Of a stretch of DNA of 64,000 nt, positions 40,701 through 51,001 are shown piece after piece. The DNA is from an uncultured Chthonomonadaceae bacterium. GTDB lineage: Bacteria; Armatimonadota; Chthonomonadetes; Chthonomonadales; Chthonomonadaceae. Made by a program: the position numbers and the translations under genes. Each line of letters begins with the position of its first letter. Position 1 is the first letter of the stretch. The DNA is taken from NCBI GenBank assembly GCA_963817895.1, contig CAWFQB010000005.1:288001-352000 (forward strand), read 5' to 3'. The notes under the pieces were generated by a model, which saw nothing but the letters and a program-made list of their open reading frames with translations, was not told the DNA's origin and did no database searches.

Positions 40701-41067
40701 TGTGGCGGGTATTGACCTCGACCCCACGCAGCCCGCGTACAAGCACAGCGTTCTGCATCCGCATCCCGGCGGCGGCCTGACGTATGCCCGCGCCACGTAT
40801 GACAGCATACACGGGCGCATCATCAGCGATTGGAAACTGGAAAACGGCCAGTTCGCGTACCGCATCACGGTCCCCGCCAACACGACCGCAACGGTTTACG
40901 TGCCTGCGTCCACTGCCGAACAGGTGATGGAGAGCGGCAAACCGGCGGGCAAAGCGGAGGGCGTAACATTCGTTCGCATGGAAAACAACTGCGCTGTCTA
41001 CGAAGTCGGGTCAGGAGTTTATACATTCACCGCGCCCCAAACTGCCGACAGCCTTGCGCAACGCTAA
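37783..41067 (+). CDS. Secreted alpha-L-rhamnosidase (GH78)
   Basis: Signal peptide, LRCEY..NPL, DLWDSGKV, FDLGQNMVG, PTDCPQRDERLGWMGD, ATTIWERWD and MNSFNHY. Confidence 0.96.
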   Translation: MLIGLSALLLHAMPVARLHAAPRADMRVANLRCEYLPNPLAIETTRPRLYWTLESKQRNQTQSAYQILVASAPEELKADRGDLWDSGKVVSDQSIHVAYNGKPLHSGQAAWWKVKTWDKQGRESAFSSPAHWEMGMLSPGDWKAQWIGMPASAAANNANIWQNAKWIWYPEGNPRQSAPAGNRLFLRSFPIRANATVAKAELIGIVDNSFEAFVNGKRVGSQSGWQSPARIDIKDRLKPGDNTVALVANNTDGPAGLAAVVSITYADGNVTRVATGKDWQASKDEAKPSSSASATAALLPAMEIANIGDAPWGMPGGTAIDRPAPYLRKTFTVGKPLRSARVYATAQGLYKLSFNGKPVSQDIFRPGWTDYNKRIQYQTYDVTHLLQSGNNAVGVVLGDGWFCGHVGLTGGNNYGTQPRAFVQLHLTYTDGTSETVVSDGSWKAANGPILRDDLLDGETYDARKEMPGWNTAEFDDHSWQQAEEEKEKRRRGEEETNLSTLHSPLSTLLVSQPDQSVEKVEELKARSVAEKPKSAYVFDLGQNMVGWARIKVKAEAGTVVRVRFAEMLNPDGTIYTTNLRGAKATDYYTCRGGGNVETWEPSFTFHGFRYVELTGLDSKPGLDAVTGVVITSATPPAGTFACSSPLVNQLQHNIVWGQRGNYLEVPTDCPQRDERLGWMGDAQIFVRTATYNSDIAAFMTKWTQDVVDAQSPDGGFSDVTPRMGDRSDGAPAWGDAGVIVPWTIYRCYGDTRLVAERYPAMQKWIEYIRSANPDFIWRKRANNNFGDWLNVQSDTPREILATAYFAYDTKLMAQMARAIGREEDAKQYEALFANIKAAFNREFVGVDGRIKSDTQTAYVLALRFGLLPEAKREIAARYLVDDIVNKRKGHLSTGFLGVGYLTPTLTQTGHLDVAYRLLNNDTYPSWGYSIRQGATTIWERWDGWTETKGFQDPGMNSFNHYSLGSVGEWMYASVAGIDLDPTQPAYKHSVLHPHPGGGLTYARATYDSIHGRIISDWKLENGQFAYRITVPANTTATVYVPASTAEQVMESGKPAGKAEGVTFVRMENNCAVYEVGSGVYTFTAPQTADSLAQR
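39238..39308. repeat. In-frame short-tandem-repeat insertion, (GGAGAAGA)n followed by (CTCTCCA)n, inside the rhamnosidase
   Basis: Encodes KEKRRRGEEETNLSTLHSPLSTL. Positions 39238-39270 are identical to the minus strand of 12143-12175. Confidence 0.85.
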
Positions 41068-41331
41068 ATGAGACAGTAATGGAAAATAAGCGCTGAACAC
41101 CCGGTACCTACCTGTTGCGTTGCACGCTCGCTTTCGGGAACCTTTTGCGGACGGCTTGCGTCACACGCGCAGTTAGCTCTGACGCTGACTGAAAAGATGT
41201 GTTTTACCCGACGCCTGAAACTAAAGCCGCCGTTTTCGTTTTGTCGCGTCGGTTTGCGTGATCCACTCTGCATGTTAATCAAGAACACCCTGCGCGGCAG
41301 GCGCGAACCTGCGCGACAGGAGGAGAAAACC

Positions 41332-41790
41332 ATGAGCGACAATACGATTCGACAGGATGAAGTGGTCAATGAAATCCACAATGATACCCATCACGACGCC
41401 AAAGTGGGCGGCGAACTCGGTGGCATTGGCGGAGCCGTGACAGGATTGGCGGCGGGCGCGGTGGCCGGACCGGTGGGCGCGATTGTGGGCGCGGTGATCG
41501 GCGGCGTGGCGGGCGCGCTTGGCAGCGCGGCAGCTGTGGACGCGGTTGACAAGATTGACGACGATACCACTATCTCCGGGCTGGGCCATCACACAACGGC
41601 CACTATTGGCGGCGCGGCAGACAATGTTGCCGACCATGTGACGCACCCCGCCGGATACGTTCCAGGCGTTCAAACGGGTGGCCATGCCATTGATGGCTCC
41701 GGCGCTGCCGATACGCGCGGCGTCATGGAGAAGGCGGCGGACACCATCACCGGCGACCATATTGACGACAAGACCGGACGACCGGTTTAG
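41332..41790 (+). CDS. Glycine-zipper hypothetical protein
   Basis: AGGAG RBS and GGIGGAVTGLAAGAVAGPVGAIVGAVIGG. Confidence 0.8.
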   Translation: MSDNTIRQDEVVNEIHNDTHHDAKVGGELGGIGGAVTGLAAGAVAGPVGAIVGAVIGGVAGALGSAAAVDAVDKIDDDTTISGLGHHTTATIGGAADNVADHVTHPAGYVPGVQTGGHAIDGSGAADTRGVMEKAADTITGDHIDDKTGRPV

Positions 41791-42008
41791 GTGTCAGGTG
41801 TTGGGTATCAGGTGTCAGGGAGAACTAATTGTATCAAGTTGAGTCTGTGATTTGCAACAGCGCAGTCCCTGACACCTGATATCAACACCTAATACCTGCA
41901 TCTCACAACAGGCCATTCTTGTATCCACAGGAATGGCCTGTTTGTTTGCCGGTTTATGTAGAAAGTTTTGTGTAAGGCGCATACCCAACACCCAATACCT
42001 GACACCCA
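41789..42008. repeat. Degenerate heptamer arrays (CAGGTGT)n / (ACACCTG)n
   Basis: Array at 41789-41820 with complementary arrays at ~41867-41898 and ~41982-42008. Confidence 0.75.
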
Positions 42009-42065
42009 AACCTCGAATTTACCCTTTCCCCGTAACTTGCGCCCCTCCCGTTCGTCATAAAAAGT

Positions 42066-42095
42066 GTGACATTCCCGTTTCGGAGAGAGTATAAT
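42066..42095 (+). promoter_or_regulatory. Putative sigma70 promoter for the MacAB-like operon
   Basis: GTGACA-N18-TATAAT, 40 nt upstream of ATG 42136. Confidence 0.45.
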
Positions 42096-42135
42096 ACTTT
42101 ATACGTGTAAACCTTTTTGATGTTCAGGAGATAGA

Positions 42136-44208
42136 ATGACTACTGCCCCCGCGACGGCCCCTGTCGCAATGAAGCGCAAAACGCGGCGTAAATCACGCGC
42201 AATGCCCATAGTAATTTCGGCTGCCCTTGTCGGCGGCCTGGGTTGGTTCGGCTGGACGAAGACCCATCCCGCCGAAGACGCGAATAGCAAGCTGCTTACG
42301 GCTCCGGTCACGCGCGGCGATATTGTAGAAGCGATTTCCGCAACCGGAAGCATTACCGCGCAGACGGGCGCACAGGTTAAAATCGGCTCGCAGATTACGG
42401 GAACCATTCAGCGGCTGTATGCCGACGTGGGCAGTTTTGTCAAAGCGGGACAGCCCATTGCCGTGCTGAACCTGCCCGATCTGGAAGCGCAGGTCAATCA
42501 GGCAAAAGCCAGCTACGCGCAGGCGCTTGTCAATCAGCAGCAGGCGCAGACCCGACTGGCGCAGCAGAAAACCACGCTCGGCATGACGCAGGCGCAGAAC
42601 AACAGCGCGGTCATCGAAGCGCAGGCGGCTTTGCGCGCGGCGCAGGCGCGGCAGTCTGCCGCCACTTCCGCCGCCACGCAGCAGGGCGAACAGACGCCGC
42701 AGGATGTGAAACGGGCGCAAAACGCCCTCAGCGTATCCCGCGCCGCGCTTTCTACCGCGCAATCCAATTTGAAACAGGTGCAGGCCAGTATCAATCTGCA
42801 AATCGCCACCGCGCAGGAGGGATTGACGCAGGCGCAGGCCACCTACAAAAACTCCGCCGCCAACCTGACGCGGCAGCAGCAGTTGCTCGGCAAAGGCTTT
42901 GTCGCCCAATCCATCGTGGATCAGGCGCAGGCGCAGGCCAGCGTGGATCAATCCAAAATCGAGTCCGCGCAGCAGAATATTGATCTGGTCAAGGCGAAAG
43001 TGGCCGCCGACCTGCAAACCGCGCAAAATCAGGTGGCGCAGGAGCAGCAGAACGTCGAATCGGCGCAATCCTCGCTGACCCTCGCGCAAACCGGCAAATA
43101 TACCGTCAGCGCGCGACAGGCCGACCTGCAAAACGCCATTGCGCAGGTGAATCAGGCCCGCGCCACGCTCGTCACTGCCCGCGCCAACCTGACGCAGATT
43201 GACATCAAGCAGCAGGACATTCAGCAGGCCGTGCAGGCCGTGCAGGTGGCGGCGGATGCCGTGCGCGTCGCCAAATCGCAGGTGGATTACCAGAACGCGC
43301 AGTTCGCCAAAACCATTATTCGCTCTCCCATTTCCGGCACGGTCTTGCAGCTCGCGTCGCAGCAGGGAGAAACGCTGGCGGCGGGATTGAGCGCGCCGAC
43401 CCTGATCGTCGTGGCCGACCTGAACCGCCTGCAGGTAGATACCTACGTAGACGAAACCGACATCGCCAAAGTGCATCTGGGGCAGGAAGCCGATATTACC
43501 GTAGACGCTTTCGCCAAGCGCCCTTTCAAGGGCAAAGTGACGAAAATCGCGTCCGGTTCCACGATCCAGAACGGCGTTATCACCTACGATGTCACGCTTT
43601 CCATTGAAAAGGAGAGCCGGGGTGGGGGTAAGCAGGGACGAGGCGGAATGGGCATGGATAAATCCGGCGGCGCGGGCGGAATGGGCGCGGGAACCGGAAA
43701 GGGTATGCGTCCTGAAGGCATGGCGGGAGGACCGCCGCCGACCGGCGGAACGGGCAATCGCCCCGGCACTCCCGGCGCATCAGGCGGACAAACCGCCGAT
43801 GGCGGAAGCGGGCGTTCGCAGGGCGGAGCCGATGATGGCGGGGCATCGTCGGGCGGTCGTCGGGTGGATGTGACAAAGCTGCTCAAGCCGGATATGACCG
43901 CCAGCGTCGCCATTCAGGTCGGCAAGCACGAGAACGTGCTGCTCGTGCCTTCCGAAGCCGTAAAGCAGGGATCGCGCGGCGCGACCGTCAACGTCCTGAC
44001 AAAGAAGGACGGCAAAGACGACATCGCCGCGCGCCCTGTGAAAACCGGCAGCAGCGACGGCGTGAACACGGAAATCCGCGATGGCGTGAAAGAGGGCGAC
44101 ATCATCGTCCGCGCCGGAATGCAGGACCCGAACCGCCGACAGATGGGACCCGGTTCGCCGTTTGGCCCGAGCAAGGGCGGTGGCAAGGGCGGCGGAAAGG
44201 GCGGGTAA
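42136..44208 (+). CDS. Efflux periplasmic adaptor subunit (MacA/HlyD-like) with long coiled coil and Gly-rich insert
   Basis: N-terminal [33 protein letters not shown] and [11 protein letters not shown]. Confidence 0.92.
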   Translation: MTTAPATAPVAMKRKTRRKSRAMPIVISAALVGGLGWFGWTKTHPAEDANSKLLTAPVTRGDIVEAISATGSITAQTGAQVKIGSQITGTIQRLYADVGSFVKAGQPIAVLNLPDLEAQVNQAKASYAQALVNQQQAQTRLAQQKTTLGMTQAQNNSAVIEAQAALRAAQARQSAATSAATQQGEQTPQDVKRAQNALSVSRAALSTAQSNLKQVQASINLQIATAQEGLTQAQATYKNSAANLTRQQQLLGKGFVAQSIVDQAQAQASVDQSKIESAQQNIDLVKAKVAADLQTAQNQVAQEQQNVESAQSSLTLAQTGKYTVSARQADLQNAIAQVNQARATLVTARANLTQIDIKQQDIQQAVQAVQVAADAVRVAKSQVDYQNAQFAKTIIRSPISGTVLQLASQQGETLAAGLSAPTLIVVADLNRLQVDTYVDETDIAKVHLGQEADITVDAFAKRPFKGKVTKIASGSTIQNGVITYDVTLSIEKESRGGGKQGRGGMGMDKSGGAGGMGAGTGKGMRPEGMAGGPPPTGGTGNRPGTPGASGGQTADGGSGRSQGGADDGGASSGGRRVDVTKLLKPDMTASVAIQVGKHENVLLVPSEAVKQGSRGATVNVLTKKDGKDDIAARPVKTGSSDGVNTEIRDGVKEGDIIVRAGMQDPNRRQMGPGSPFGPSKGGGKGGGKGG

Positions 44209-44213
44209 TCATA

Positions 44214-45035
44214 ATGATTGGCACAAAACAAAACACGCCCAATTTTACCGCAGTGACGGCAAAAGGCGCGCTCCCGGACAACGCGCAACCTATGTTGCGC
44301 CTGCATGACATTCGCAAAACTTATGTGATGGGCGATCAGGTCGTACCCGCGCTGGCCGGGTTGGATTTAGATATTTATCCCGGCGAGTTCGTGGCGATCA
44401 TGGGGCCATCCGGTTCGGGCAAATCCACGCTGATGCACATCATCGGCTGTCTGGACGCGCCCACCTCCGGCTCCTACCAACTGGACGGCATCGAAGTCGC
44501 GGATATGGACGATTACGAACTCGCCCATATCCGCAACCGGAAGATCGGCTTCGTGTTTCAGGGCTTCAACCTTCTGGCGCGCACGACTGCGCTTGAAAAC
44601 GTGGAATTGCCCATGCTGTACGCCCGGCGCAAAGATCGAACCGAACGCGCGATTGCCGCTCTGGAGCGCGTGGGACTGGGCAACCGCATAGACCACAAGC
44701 CCAACGAACTTTCGGGCGGGCAGCAGCAGCGCGTCGCCATTGCCCGCGCCCTTGCCAGCGAACCCCTGCTGATTCTGGCCGACGAACCAACCGGCAACCT
44801 TGCCAGCGTTCAATCCGAAGAGATCATGCAGGTGTTTCAGGAACTCAATGATGAGGGCATCACGCTCATCATGGTCACGCACGAACCCGAAATCGGACGC
44901 CATTGCCGCCGCACGGTCTATATCAAGGATGGGCGCGTGGTCGCCGACGAACCCGTTCAGGATCGCCTGATGGCAAAAGACGTGCTGGCCGAAATGGCGG
45001 CGGAACGCGAACGTTTGGCGTCAACAATGACGTAA
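44214..45035 (+). CDS. ABC transporter ATP-binding protein (MacB/LolD-like)
   Basis: [24 protein letters not shown] and [10 protein letters not shown]. Confidence 0.96.
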   Translation: MIGTKQNTPNFTAVTAKGALPDNAQPMLRLHDIRKTYVMGDQVVPALAGLDLDIYPGEFVAIMGPSGSGKSTLMHIIGCLDAPTSGSYQLDGIEVADMDDYELAHIRNRKIGFVFQGFNLLARTTALENVELPMLYARRKDRTERAIAALERVGLGNRIDHKPNELSGGQQQRVAIARALASEPLLILADEPTGNLASVQSEEIMQVFQELNDEGITLIMVTHEPEIGRHCRRTVYIKDGRVVADEPVQDRLMAKDVLAEMAAERERLASTMT

Positions 45036-45037
45036 AG

Positions 45038-45157
45038 GCAGGTGTCAGGTATCAGGTGTCAGGTGTCAGGGCAGACCTTTTCTCGTTCCCTTGTACCAGT
45101 GCAACGCAAGGAGAAATGGCTTTCCCTGACACCTGACACCTGATACCTGACACCTGC
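45038..45157. repeat. Perfect 34-bp inverted repeat built of CAGGTGT heptamers
   Basis: 45038-45071 is the exact reverse complement of 45124-45157, including the CAGGTAT variant unit. Confidence 0.9.
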
Positions 45158-45169
45158 ATGGAGCCTTCC

Positions 45170-46445
45170 ATGAACCTGCTAGAGAGTTTGCGAGTCGCCA
45201 TGCGCGGACTTGCCAGTAATAAAATGCGGACGATGTTGACGATGCTGGGCATCATCATCGGCGTGGCCGTCGTGATTCTGGTGGTTGCCATCGGGCAGGG
45301 CGCGACGCAGCGCGTGACGGAAACCATTAACCAGTTAGGAACCAATCAGCTTTCCATCTGGCCGGGGCAGTCGCATATCCGCATCAATGCGGTTACGAAG
45401 TCCAGCGGCGCGACAGCAACAGGTTCCACAAGCGGCGGAGGTGGTGGCGGTTCCACGCTGACGCTCCTTGATGCGAACTTGATCGCGAAAAACTTTCCGG
45501 AAGCGGTGGCGGCAGTGGCCCCGCAGGTGCGCGGTAATGCGCAGGTGCGTTTGGAAAACAAAGACGCCAACACCAATATCACCGGCTCCACAGTGGAATA
45601 CCTGCAAGTCAGCAACGCGGATGTGGACAGCGGACGGTTCTTTACGGAAAATGAGCAGGAGGGCAGCCAGAAGGTCTGCGTGGTCGGACATAGCGTTTCG
45701 GAAAAACTGCTCGGCGATGCCAGTATTGATTTGACCGGCAAAGATATTCTTTTGAACCGCATCGGCTTTCATGTCATCGGTATGCTGAAACCCAAAGGGT
45801 CGGGCGCATGGGGGCAGGATCAGGACGACGTGATTATCATTCCGATTACAACGGCCATGAATCGCGTTTTGAACCGTCGCTTCCTCAACTTTGTCGCTAT
45901 CAGCGCGACAAGCCAGAAGATGATGCCGCTTGCGCAGGAGCAGATTTCCGCTTTTCTACGTAACCGCCACCATTTGCAGCCGCCGTTCCCCGATAACGAC
46001 GACTTCAACATCCGCAGCCAGACGGAACTGATGGAATCGCAGCAGAGCGTGACCGGAACTATGACCACTCTGCTTAAGCGCGGTTGCTGTCATTTCGCTT
46101 GTCGTCGGCGGCATCGGCATTATGAACATCATGCTCGTGTCGGTCACGGAGCGAACCCGAGAAATCGGAATTCGCAAAGCCATTGGAGCCACGCCCCGCG
46201 ACATTTCCATGCAGTTTATCATCGAAGCGACGATTATTTCCCTGCTTGGCGGGCTGCTTGGCATCTGCCTGGGCGTGGGCGGCGCAGCCATCTTATCGCG
46301 CATCGCGGGCTGGAATACGGTTGTGAACTCCACCGCTGTTCTCGCGGCTCTTGTCGTCTCGGGTGGTATCGGTATCTTCTTCGGCATCTACCCGGCCAGC
46401 AAAGCCGCCGCCCTGCACCCGATAGAAGCATTGCGCTATGAGTGA
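45170..46445 (+). CDS. ABC transporter permease (MacB/FtsX-like); one frameshift near 46078
   Basis: [16 protein letters not shown]. After the shift: [29 protein letters not shown]...PIEALRYE. Confidence 0.92.
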
Positions 46446-47665
46446 TCTGAAGCCGGGAATGTTTCACGCCCTGACGTACCGCAATTTCCGGCTGTTCTTC
46501 TACGGGCAACTGATTTCGGTCGCGGGAACCTGGATGCAGGACGTGGCCCAGAAGTGGCTCGTCTGGGAAGTGACGCACTCCCCGAAGTGGCTGGGCATTG
46601 TATCCGGCGCGAACGCGATTCCATTTGTCGTATTTGCCGTATGGGGCGGGCAAATCGCGGATCGCTATTCGCGCCGCGTAATTCTGGTGTGGACGCAAAC
46701 CATTGCCATGCTGCTCGCCTTTGTTCTTGCCCTCCTCGCGTCCCATGTTTCTCCCATTTCGCTTCAGGCGTGGCATATCGCCGTGATTTCGGGCTTGTCG
46801 GGGATTGTCAACTCGTTCAATATGCCCGCGCAACAGGCGTTCGTCGTGGACATGGTGGACGACCGCAAATTGTTGGGCAACGCGATTGCGCTCAATTCCC
46901 TGCGCTTTAATGTGGCTCGTATTCTTGGCCCGATTCTCGCCGGAATTGTGCTGGTCAAAGTCGGCTCGTCCGCGTGTTTTTTCCTCAACGGCGTGAGTTT
47001 CATCGCCGTGATTATCTCCCTGCTGATGATACACCTGCCGCCGTTTTCCCCTGCGGAAAATCGCGGCTCGGTTCTGGATGGCTTCCGCTATATTCGGGAC
47101 AATCACAGCATTTTGCGCGTGATGCTGCTCATCGGCTCGGCCAGTATTTTCACATGGCCGCTTTCCACGCTGTTTCCCGTGTTCGCGGATATGTATAACG
47201 TGGGTTCGCGGGGATATAGCGCGATGATGGCGGCGAACGGACTTGGGCGCGGCGCTTGCGGGTTTGGCTCTGGCGTGGGTGGGAACGCGGGTTTCGAGCA
47301 AAATGAAGGTGTACGGCGGCGCGGCTTTGTTCTGCCTGTCTCTTCTGCTGCTGTCGTGGGCGGGGCTGTACTGGGTTGCGCTCGCCTGTTTGGTGTTGAG
47401 CGGCTTCGCCATGATCGTGTTCGGCATCAGTTCGCAGATTAAAGTGCAGGAGGAGGTTCCCGACGAGTTGCGCGGGCGGGTGATGGCGGTCTATTCCCTT
47501 GTGTTCAACGGCCTGTTTTCGATTGGCGGTCTGGAAATCGGCACTCTCGCGGAACATCTTCATGCGCCTGTCGCCGTGCGCCTGAACGCCGTTATTGCGT
47601 TTGTCATCACAGGCGCGTTGCTCGCCTGGAGTCGGGTGGATCAGCCGAAAGCAGCAGTTAATTAA
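46438..47665 (+). CDS. MFS transporter (DUF894/MFS_3-like); one frameshift near 47245
   Basis: [18 protein letters not shown] and NAIALNS..FN.ARILGP. After the shift: [13 protein letters not shown]. Confidence 0.9.
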
Positions 47666-47811
47666 CCACCCGCTACGCTAGAGACACAGAGACACAGAGG
47701 AAAAGACAATGCGAGAAAGAGAAGATGCGTACTTTTTACGGTACTTCTCTCTTCTCCTCCCCTCGAATTGGTTCCCTCTGTGTCTCTGTGTCTCTAGCGT
47801 AGCGGGTGGTT
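47664..47811. repeat. Perfect 37-bp inverted repeat containing AGAGACAC octamers, between convergent genes
   Basis: AACCACCCGCTACGCTAGAGACACAGAGACACAGAGG at 47664-47700 versus 47775-47811. A related half-site lies at ~36521-36566. Confidence 0.9.
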
Positions 47812-47813
47812 GA

Positions 47814-48977
47814 CTAACTACTTATTGCCCCGGCGATGGCGTTTGCGAACAGGCGGCGCATCCGCAGCAATCCGTTCCCATCGTTTTCCGTTTCATAGAC
47901 GACGCGATTGGTCAGCATCAGCAGAGTCACGTCTACATCGGGGTCGTACATAATGAGGGTTCCCGTAAAGCCCGAATGCCCGAACGTCCGTTCCGAAAAC
48001 AGATCGCCTTTGGGCAGATAGCCGTTAGGATACGCGAAATAGCCAATAGTGTGGGCGTTGATGTCGGGCTTGGTCGGGTCGGTCTGGCAGGTGGCAGCGA
48101 GATGGCGGGCAAGTGGGCCGAGGACGGGCGGCAATCCTAAATGATCGGCGTTGGTTTCGTGCCGGAAGGACAGGATGAAGCGCAGCATGTCGGGCGCGCT
48201 GGAAAAAATGCCCGCGTGTCCCGCCACGCCTTTCATGCCATGCGCGTTGGGGTCATGCACATCGCCGACAAAGCGACTTGAAGGTGCGCGAATGCCGTCC
48301 TTCAGATCGCTTCGGCCTGTTGCGGCAATACGGGGATACAGGGCGGGCGCGGGATTGTAACCACTGCTCGACATACCCAATGGCTTGAAAATGCGCTCCT
48401 GAACCAGAACATCCAACGGCTTGCCCAACACCCGCTCCACGATATAACCGATGGTAATGTAGCCTAAATCGCTGTACAGATAGTTCATGCCGGTGGGGTG
48501 GGCAAGGGGCGTGGCGAGGATTTGCGCCAGCGGTTCGCCGTTTTCGGTTTTGTACACGGCTTTCCACGCGGGCAGGCCACTGGTATGGGTGGCAAGATAG
48601 TGAATGGCGACCGGGCCAATCGGCGCTTTGTCGGCTTCGGGCAGAATTTGCCGAACCTCCTGATTGAGATGCAGGCGGCCCTCCTCCACGCATTGCAGCA
48701 GCAGGGTAGCCGTGAACGTTTTGGTAATCGAGGCCATATCGAAAATGGTATCGAGCGTGGCGGGAAGGGGCGGGATTGCGTCCGGTTGCGCGATACCATG
48801 CGCCCCCTGCGCCGCAATCATGCCATGCCGAACGATAAGGTACGTGACGGCAGAGTATAGATGATCCGTAACGCCCTTTTGCAGCATCGCATCGGCGGCT
48901 TGCAAATAGTCTGCGCGAAACCCGAGCGCTTTCGGCGGTTTGACAAGATCATGTAAGTTTAGGGTAGATGGATTCAT
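47814..48977 (-). CDS. Serine hydrolase, beta-lactamase class C/esterase family
   Basis: FDMASITK (SxxK), THTSGLP, YSDLGY, AGHAGIFS and FGHSGFTGT. Confidence 0.93.
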   Translation of the reverse strand: MNPSTLNLHDLVKPPKALGFRADYLQAADAMLQKGVTDHLYSAVTYLIVRHGMIAAQGAHGIAQPDAIPPLPATLDTIFDMASITKTFTATLLLQCVEEGRLHLNQEVRQILPEADKAPIGPVAIHYLATHTSGLPAWKAVYKTENGEPLAQILATPLAHPTGMNYLYSDLGYITIGYIVERVLGKPLDVLVQERIFKPLGMSSSGYNPAPALYPRIAATGRSDLKDGIRAPSSRFVGDVHDPNAHGMKGVAGHAGIFSSAPDMLRFILSFRHETNADHLGLPPVLGPLARHLAATCQTDPTKPDINAHTIGYFAYPNGYLPKGDLFSERTFGHSGFTGTLIMYDPDVDVTLLMLTNRVVYETENDGNGLLRMRRLFANAIAGAISS

Positions 48978-49017
48978 GGTTGATTTTGTTCTACAGGGTA
49001 CAACTTCTGCCCGTCGG

Positions 49018-49221
49018 CTACGCTTCTTCCAGTTTCATGTCCGCCAGCGTCTCAGCCGTCACAAAACGCTCTAACAAAGTATCCAGCAACTCCTCATTGG
49101 TGATACTACGCACTTTAATTTCGGCCTGTTCGGGCAACTCTCCGAACTTGACGCGCATCTGTTTCAGAAGCACATTTCGCGCTTTCTTGACCATGACGCG
49201 CTCTTCAAATAAATCTACCAT
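49018..49221 (-). CDS. Putative in-frame nested small protein (67 aa; RpnS-like antitoxin)
   Basis: GGAGGT at 49234-49229, a 7-nt spacer and an in-frame ATG at 49221. Confidence 0.55.
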   Translation of the reverse strand: MVDLFEERVMVKKARNVLLKQMRVKFGELPEQAEIKVRSITNEELLDTLLERFVTAETLADMKLEEA

Positions 49222-49902
49222 TTCTGCTACCTCCGATTCCTCAGATTGTGAGACAAGGCTTTCATACTCCGATTCTTCATCCGTATTCAAGGTGAGATAC
49301 GTCTCAATCAAGTTCGTCAACAGCACTTGCCGCGCTTCATCTACTCCGCTGCTGATAACCTGCTGCAAACTCACAAGCTTTTGCGCGGCGCGTCCGAGGG
49401 AAAGCGGCTGCATCAGGGCGCTTAATGCCGGAGCAAGGGGGTTGTCGCTTTCGATGTAATCCTCGGCTTTGAGTTCCGGCAAGCCGACGGCGGCATACTC
49501 GAAGGTGAGAATATCCTTTTCGAACAAACTCTCCACATACGTCTCGTAGGTAATACCGCCCGTTCCCGGCACAATGTAGAGGACAATCGGGAACACGCGC
49601 AGTTTGTAGCGCAACCTCAGCAGCATGTAATACTCGAACATGCGAAAGCGTACTTCACCCCGTCGTACCGCTTGCGTTTCCACATGGATCAAGACCAGTT
49701 CCGGCTCACCATCAAATGTAGGAACGATGGCGATGGTATCGGCGCGGCGGACGCTGCCTTCCGGCACATCGGTAAACAGTTCCACGTTCGGGAAGGTCGC
49801 CTCCACCCAATTCAGGCGCGCGGCTACATCGGGATAGAACAACAGCATGAATTCGGGCAGGAACGCTCGCAGCAGTTCCTTGAACAATTGATCGTGTGCC
49901 AT
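49018..49902 (-). CDS. Rpn/YhgA-like PD-(D/E)xK nuclease with DUF4351-like C-terminus
   Basis: HDQLFKELL, RRAD, LIHVETQ, RMFEYY, PIVLY and C-terminal KFGELP. GAGGT RBS before ATG 49902. Confidence 0.85.
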   Translation of the reverse strand: MAHDQLFKELLRAFLPEFMLLFYPDVAARLNWVEATFPNVELFTDVPEGSVRRADTIAIVPTFDGEPELVLIHVETQAVRRGEVRFRMFEYYMLLRLRYKLRVFPIVLYIVPGTGGITYETYVESLFEKDILTFEYAAVGLPELKAEDYIESDNPLAPALSALMQPLSLGRAAQKLVSLQQVISSGVDEARQVLLTNLIETYLTLNTDEESEYESLVSQSEESEVAEMVDLFEERVMVKKARNVLLKQMRVKFGELPEQAEIKVRSITNEELLDTLLERFVTAETLADMKLEEA

Positions 49903-49939
49903 GTATACCTCATACCGACGCGATTCATAGTGGGAAATT

Positions 49940-50983
49940 TCAACACTCAACATTCGCCGCAGAGTTGAGACGGTCGGCAATCGTTCGTACCACTTGCGCG
50001 GTCTGTTCGCGCGCCCGGATGATGATGTCTATTTTTTCGCCCGCGAGGGAACCGGCCACGTAGATATTCGGCACACTCGTTTCAAAGGTTTCGGGATCGC
50101 GGGCGGGGCGTCCGTCCGGTTCCACGCACAGGCCGAGATGGTCGAAAAAGCGGGTGTCGGCGCGTTGCCCGATGACGGCGAACACGAAGCGGGCAGGTAC
50201 GGAGTACGGTTCGCCATTCGCCTGTCCCCGATGCGGATGTTCCGCGTCGTAGGTAAACGGCTGAAGCCACGTTTGCTGCGGTTCGATGCAGGCGACGCTG
50301 ACGCCCGTATGCAGGTTCACCTTTTTATCGTCTACGGCAAACTGCAGGTCGCGCACCACGAACGGGCGCAAATGACTCTGATACTCGGCGGGCGGGCGGC
50401 GCATGGCATAAGTGACGCGCGCTCCGGCTTCCGACAGAGCAAGGGCGGCGTGAACGGCGGAATTGCCCCCGCCCACAACCAGCGCATCTATGCCGAAATA
50501 CTCGGTCGGCTCATGGAAGCGGGAATAAACGTGCGGCAAGTCCGCGCCGGGGCAGTTCAGGCGGTTCGGCACATCCCACACGCCGGAAGTCAGCAACAGG
50601 GTTCGGGCATAGTACACGCGCTCCTCGTCATGGTTAGGTTCCAGCCGCGTCTGAACCACAAACACTCCGCCCTCGCGCCGAACGCGCGTAATGGACTCCC
50701 ACAGGGATAAGTTCAACCGCTTGTACGCGGCGACTGCCCGGAAATAGGGCAGAATGTCCTCGCGGGTGGGCTTGTCGCCGCCGCGCATAGGCAAGGGTAC
50801 GCCCCCGACGGTCATCTCATCCGGCGGCGAAAAGAAGCGCAGGTTTTGCGGATACTCCACAAACGAGTGCGCCAACCCGCGCCGGTCCACAATCCGGTGC
50901 GATAATCCGAGTTCCTGCGCGCTGCAAGCCGCCTGCAACCCGGCCGGTCCCGCCCCGATGATAAGAATGTCGGTTGTTGCCAA
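49940..50983 (-). CDS. YpdA-like FAD/NAD(P)-dependent oxidoreductase (putative bacillithiol disulfide reductase)
   Basis: IIGAGPAG, YP....FFS, KPTREDIL.YFR, VVGGGNSA and FETSVPNIYVAG. No CxxC. Confidence 0.8.
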   Translation of the reverse strand: MATTDILIIGAGPAGLQAACSAQELGLSHRIVDRRGLAHSFVEYPQNLRFFSPPDEMTVGGVPLPMRGGDKPTREDILPYFRAVAAYKRLNLSLWESITRVRREGGVFVVQTRLEPNHDEERVYYARTLLLTSGVWDVPNRLNCPGADLPHVYSRFHEPTEYFGIDALVVGGGNSAVHAALALSEAGARVTYAMRRPPAEYQSHLRPFVVRDLQFAVDDKKVNLHTGVSVACIEPQQTWLQPFTYDAEHPHRGQANGEPYSVPARFVFAVIGQRADTRFFDHLGLCVEPDGRPARDPETFETSVPNIYVAGSLAGEKIDIIIRAREQTAQVVRTIADRLNSAANVEC

Positions 50984-51001
50984 ACAAGTTTCCTGAAGTA
51001 A

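Noticed and set aside
41070..41330. Possible riboswitch or ncRNA in this and other long intergenic gaps
   Set aside because: A partial GCAAACC match on the minus strand lacks the rest of the c-di-GMP-I consensus. An Infernal/Rfam scan would be needed.
37810..43476. Long minus-strand ORFs of 505, 374 and 427 aa
   Set aside because: They mirror the GH78 and MacA-like genes codon for codon and have no independent coding signal.
43610..43865. Gly-rich insert in the MacA-like protein as a novel domain
   Set aside because: It is a low-complexity linker, and such Gly-rich stretches are common in these adaptors.
46060..47260. Programmed frameshifting in the permease and MFS genes
   Set aside because: No clear slippery sequence. 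Similar single indels occur across unrelated genes, which favours sequencing error.
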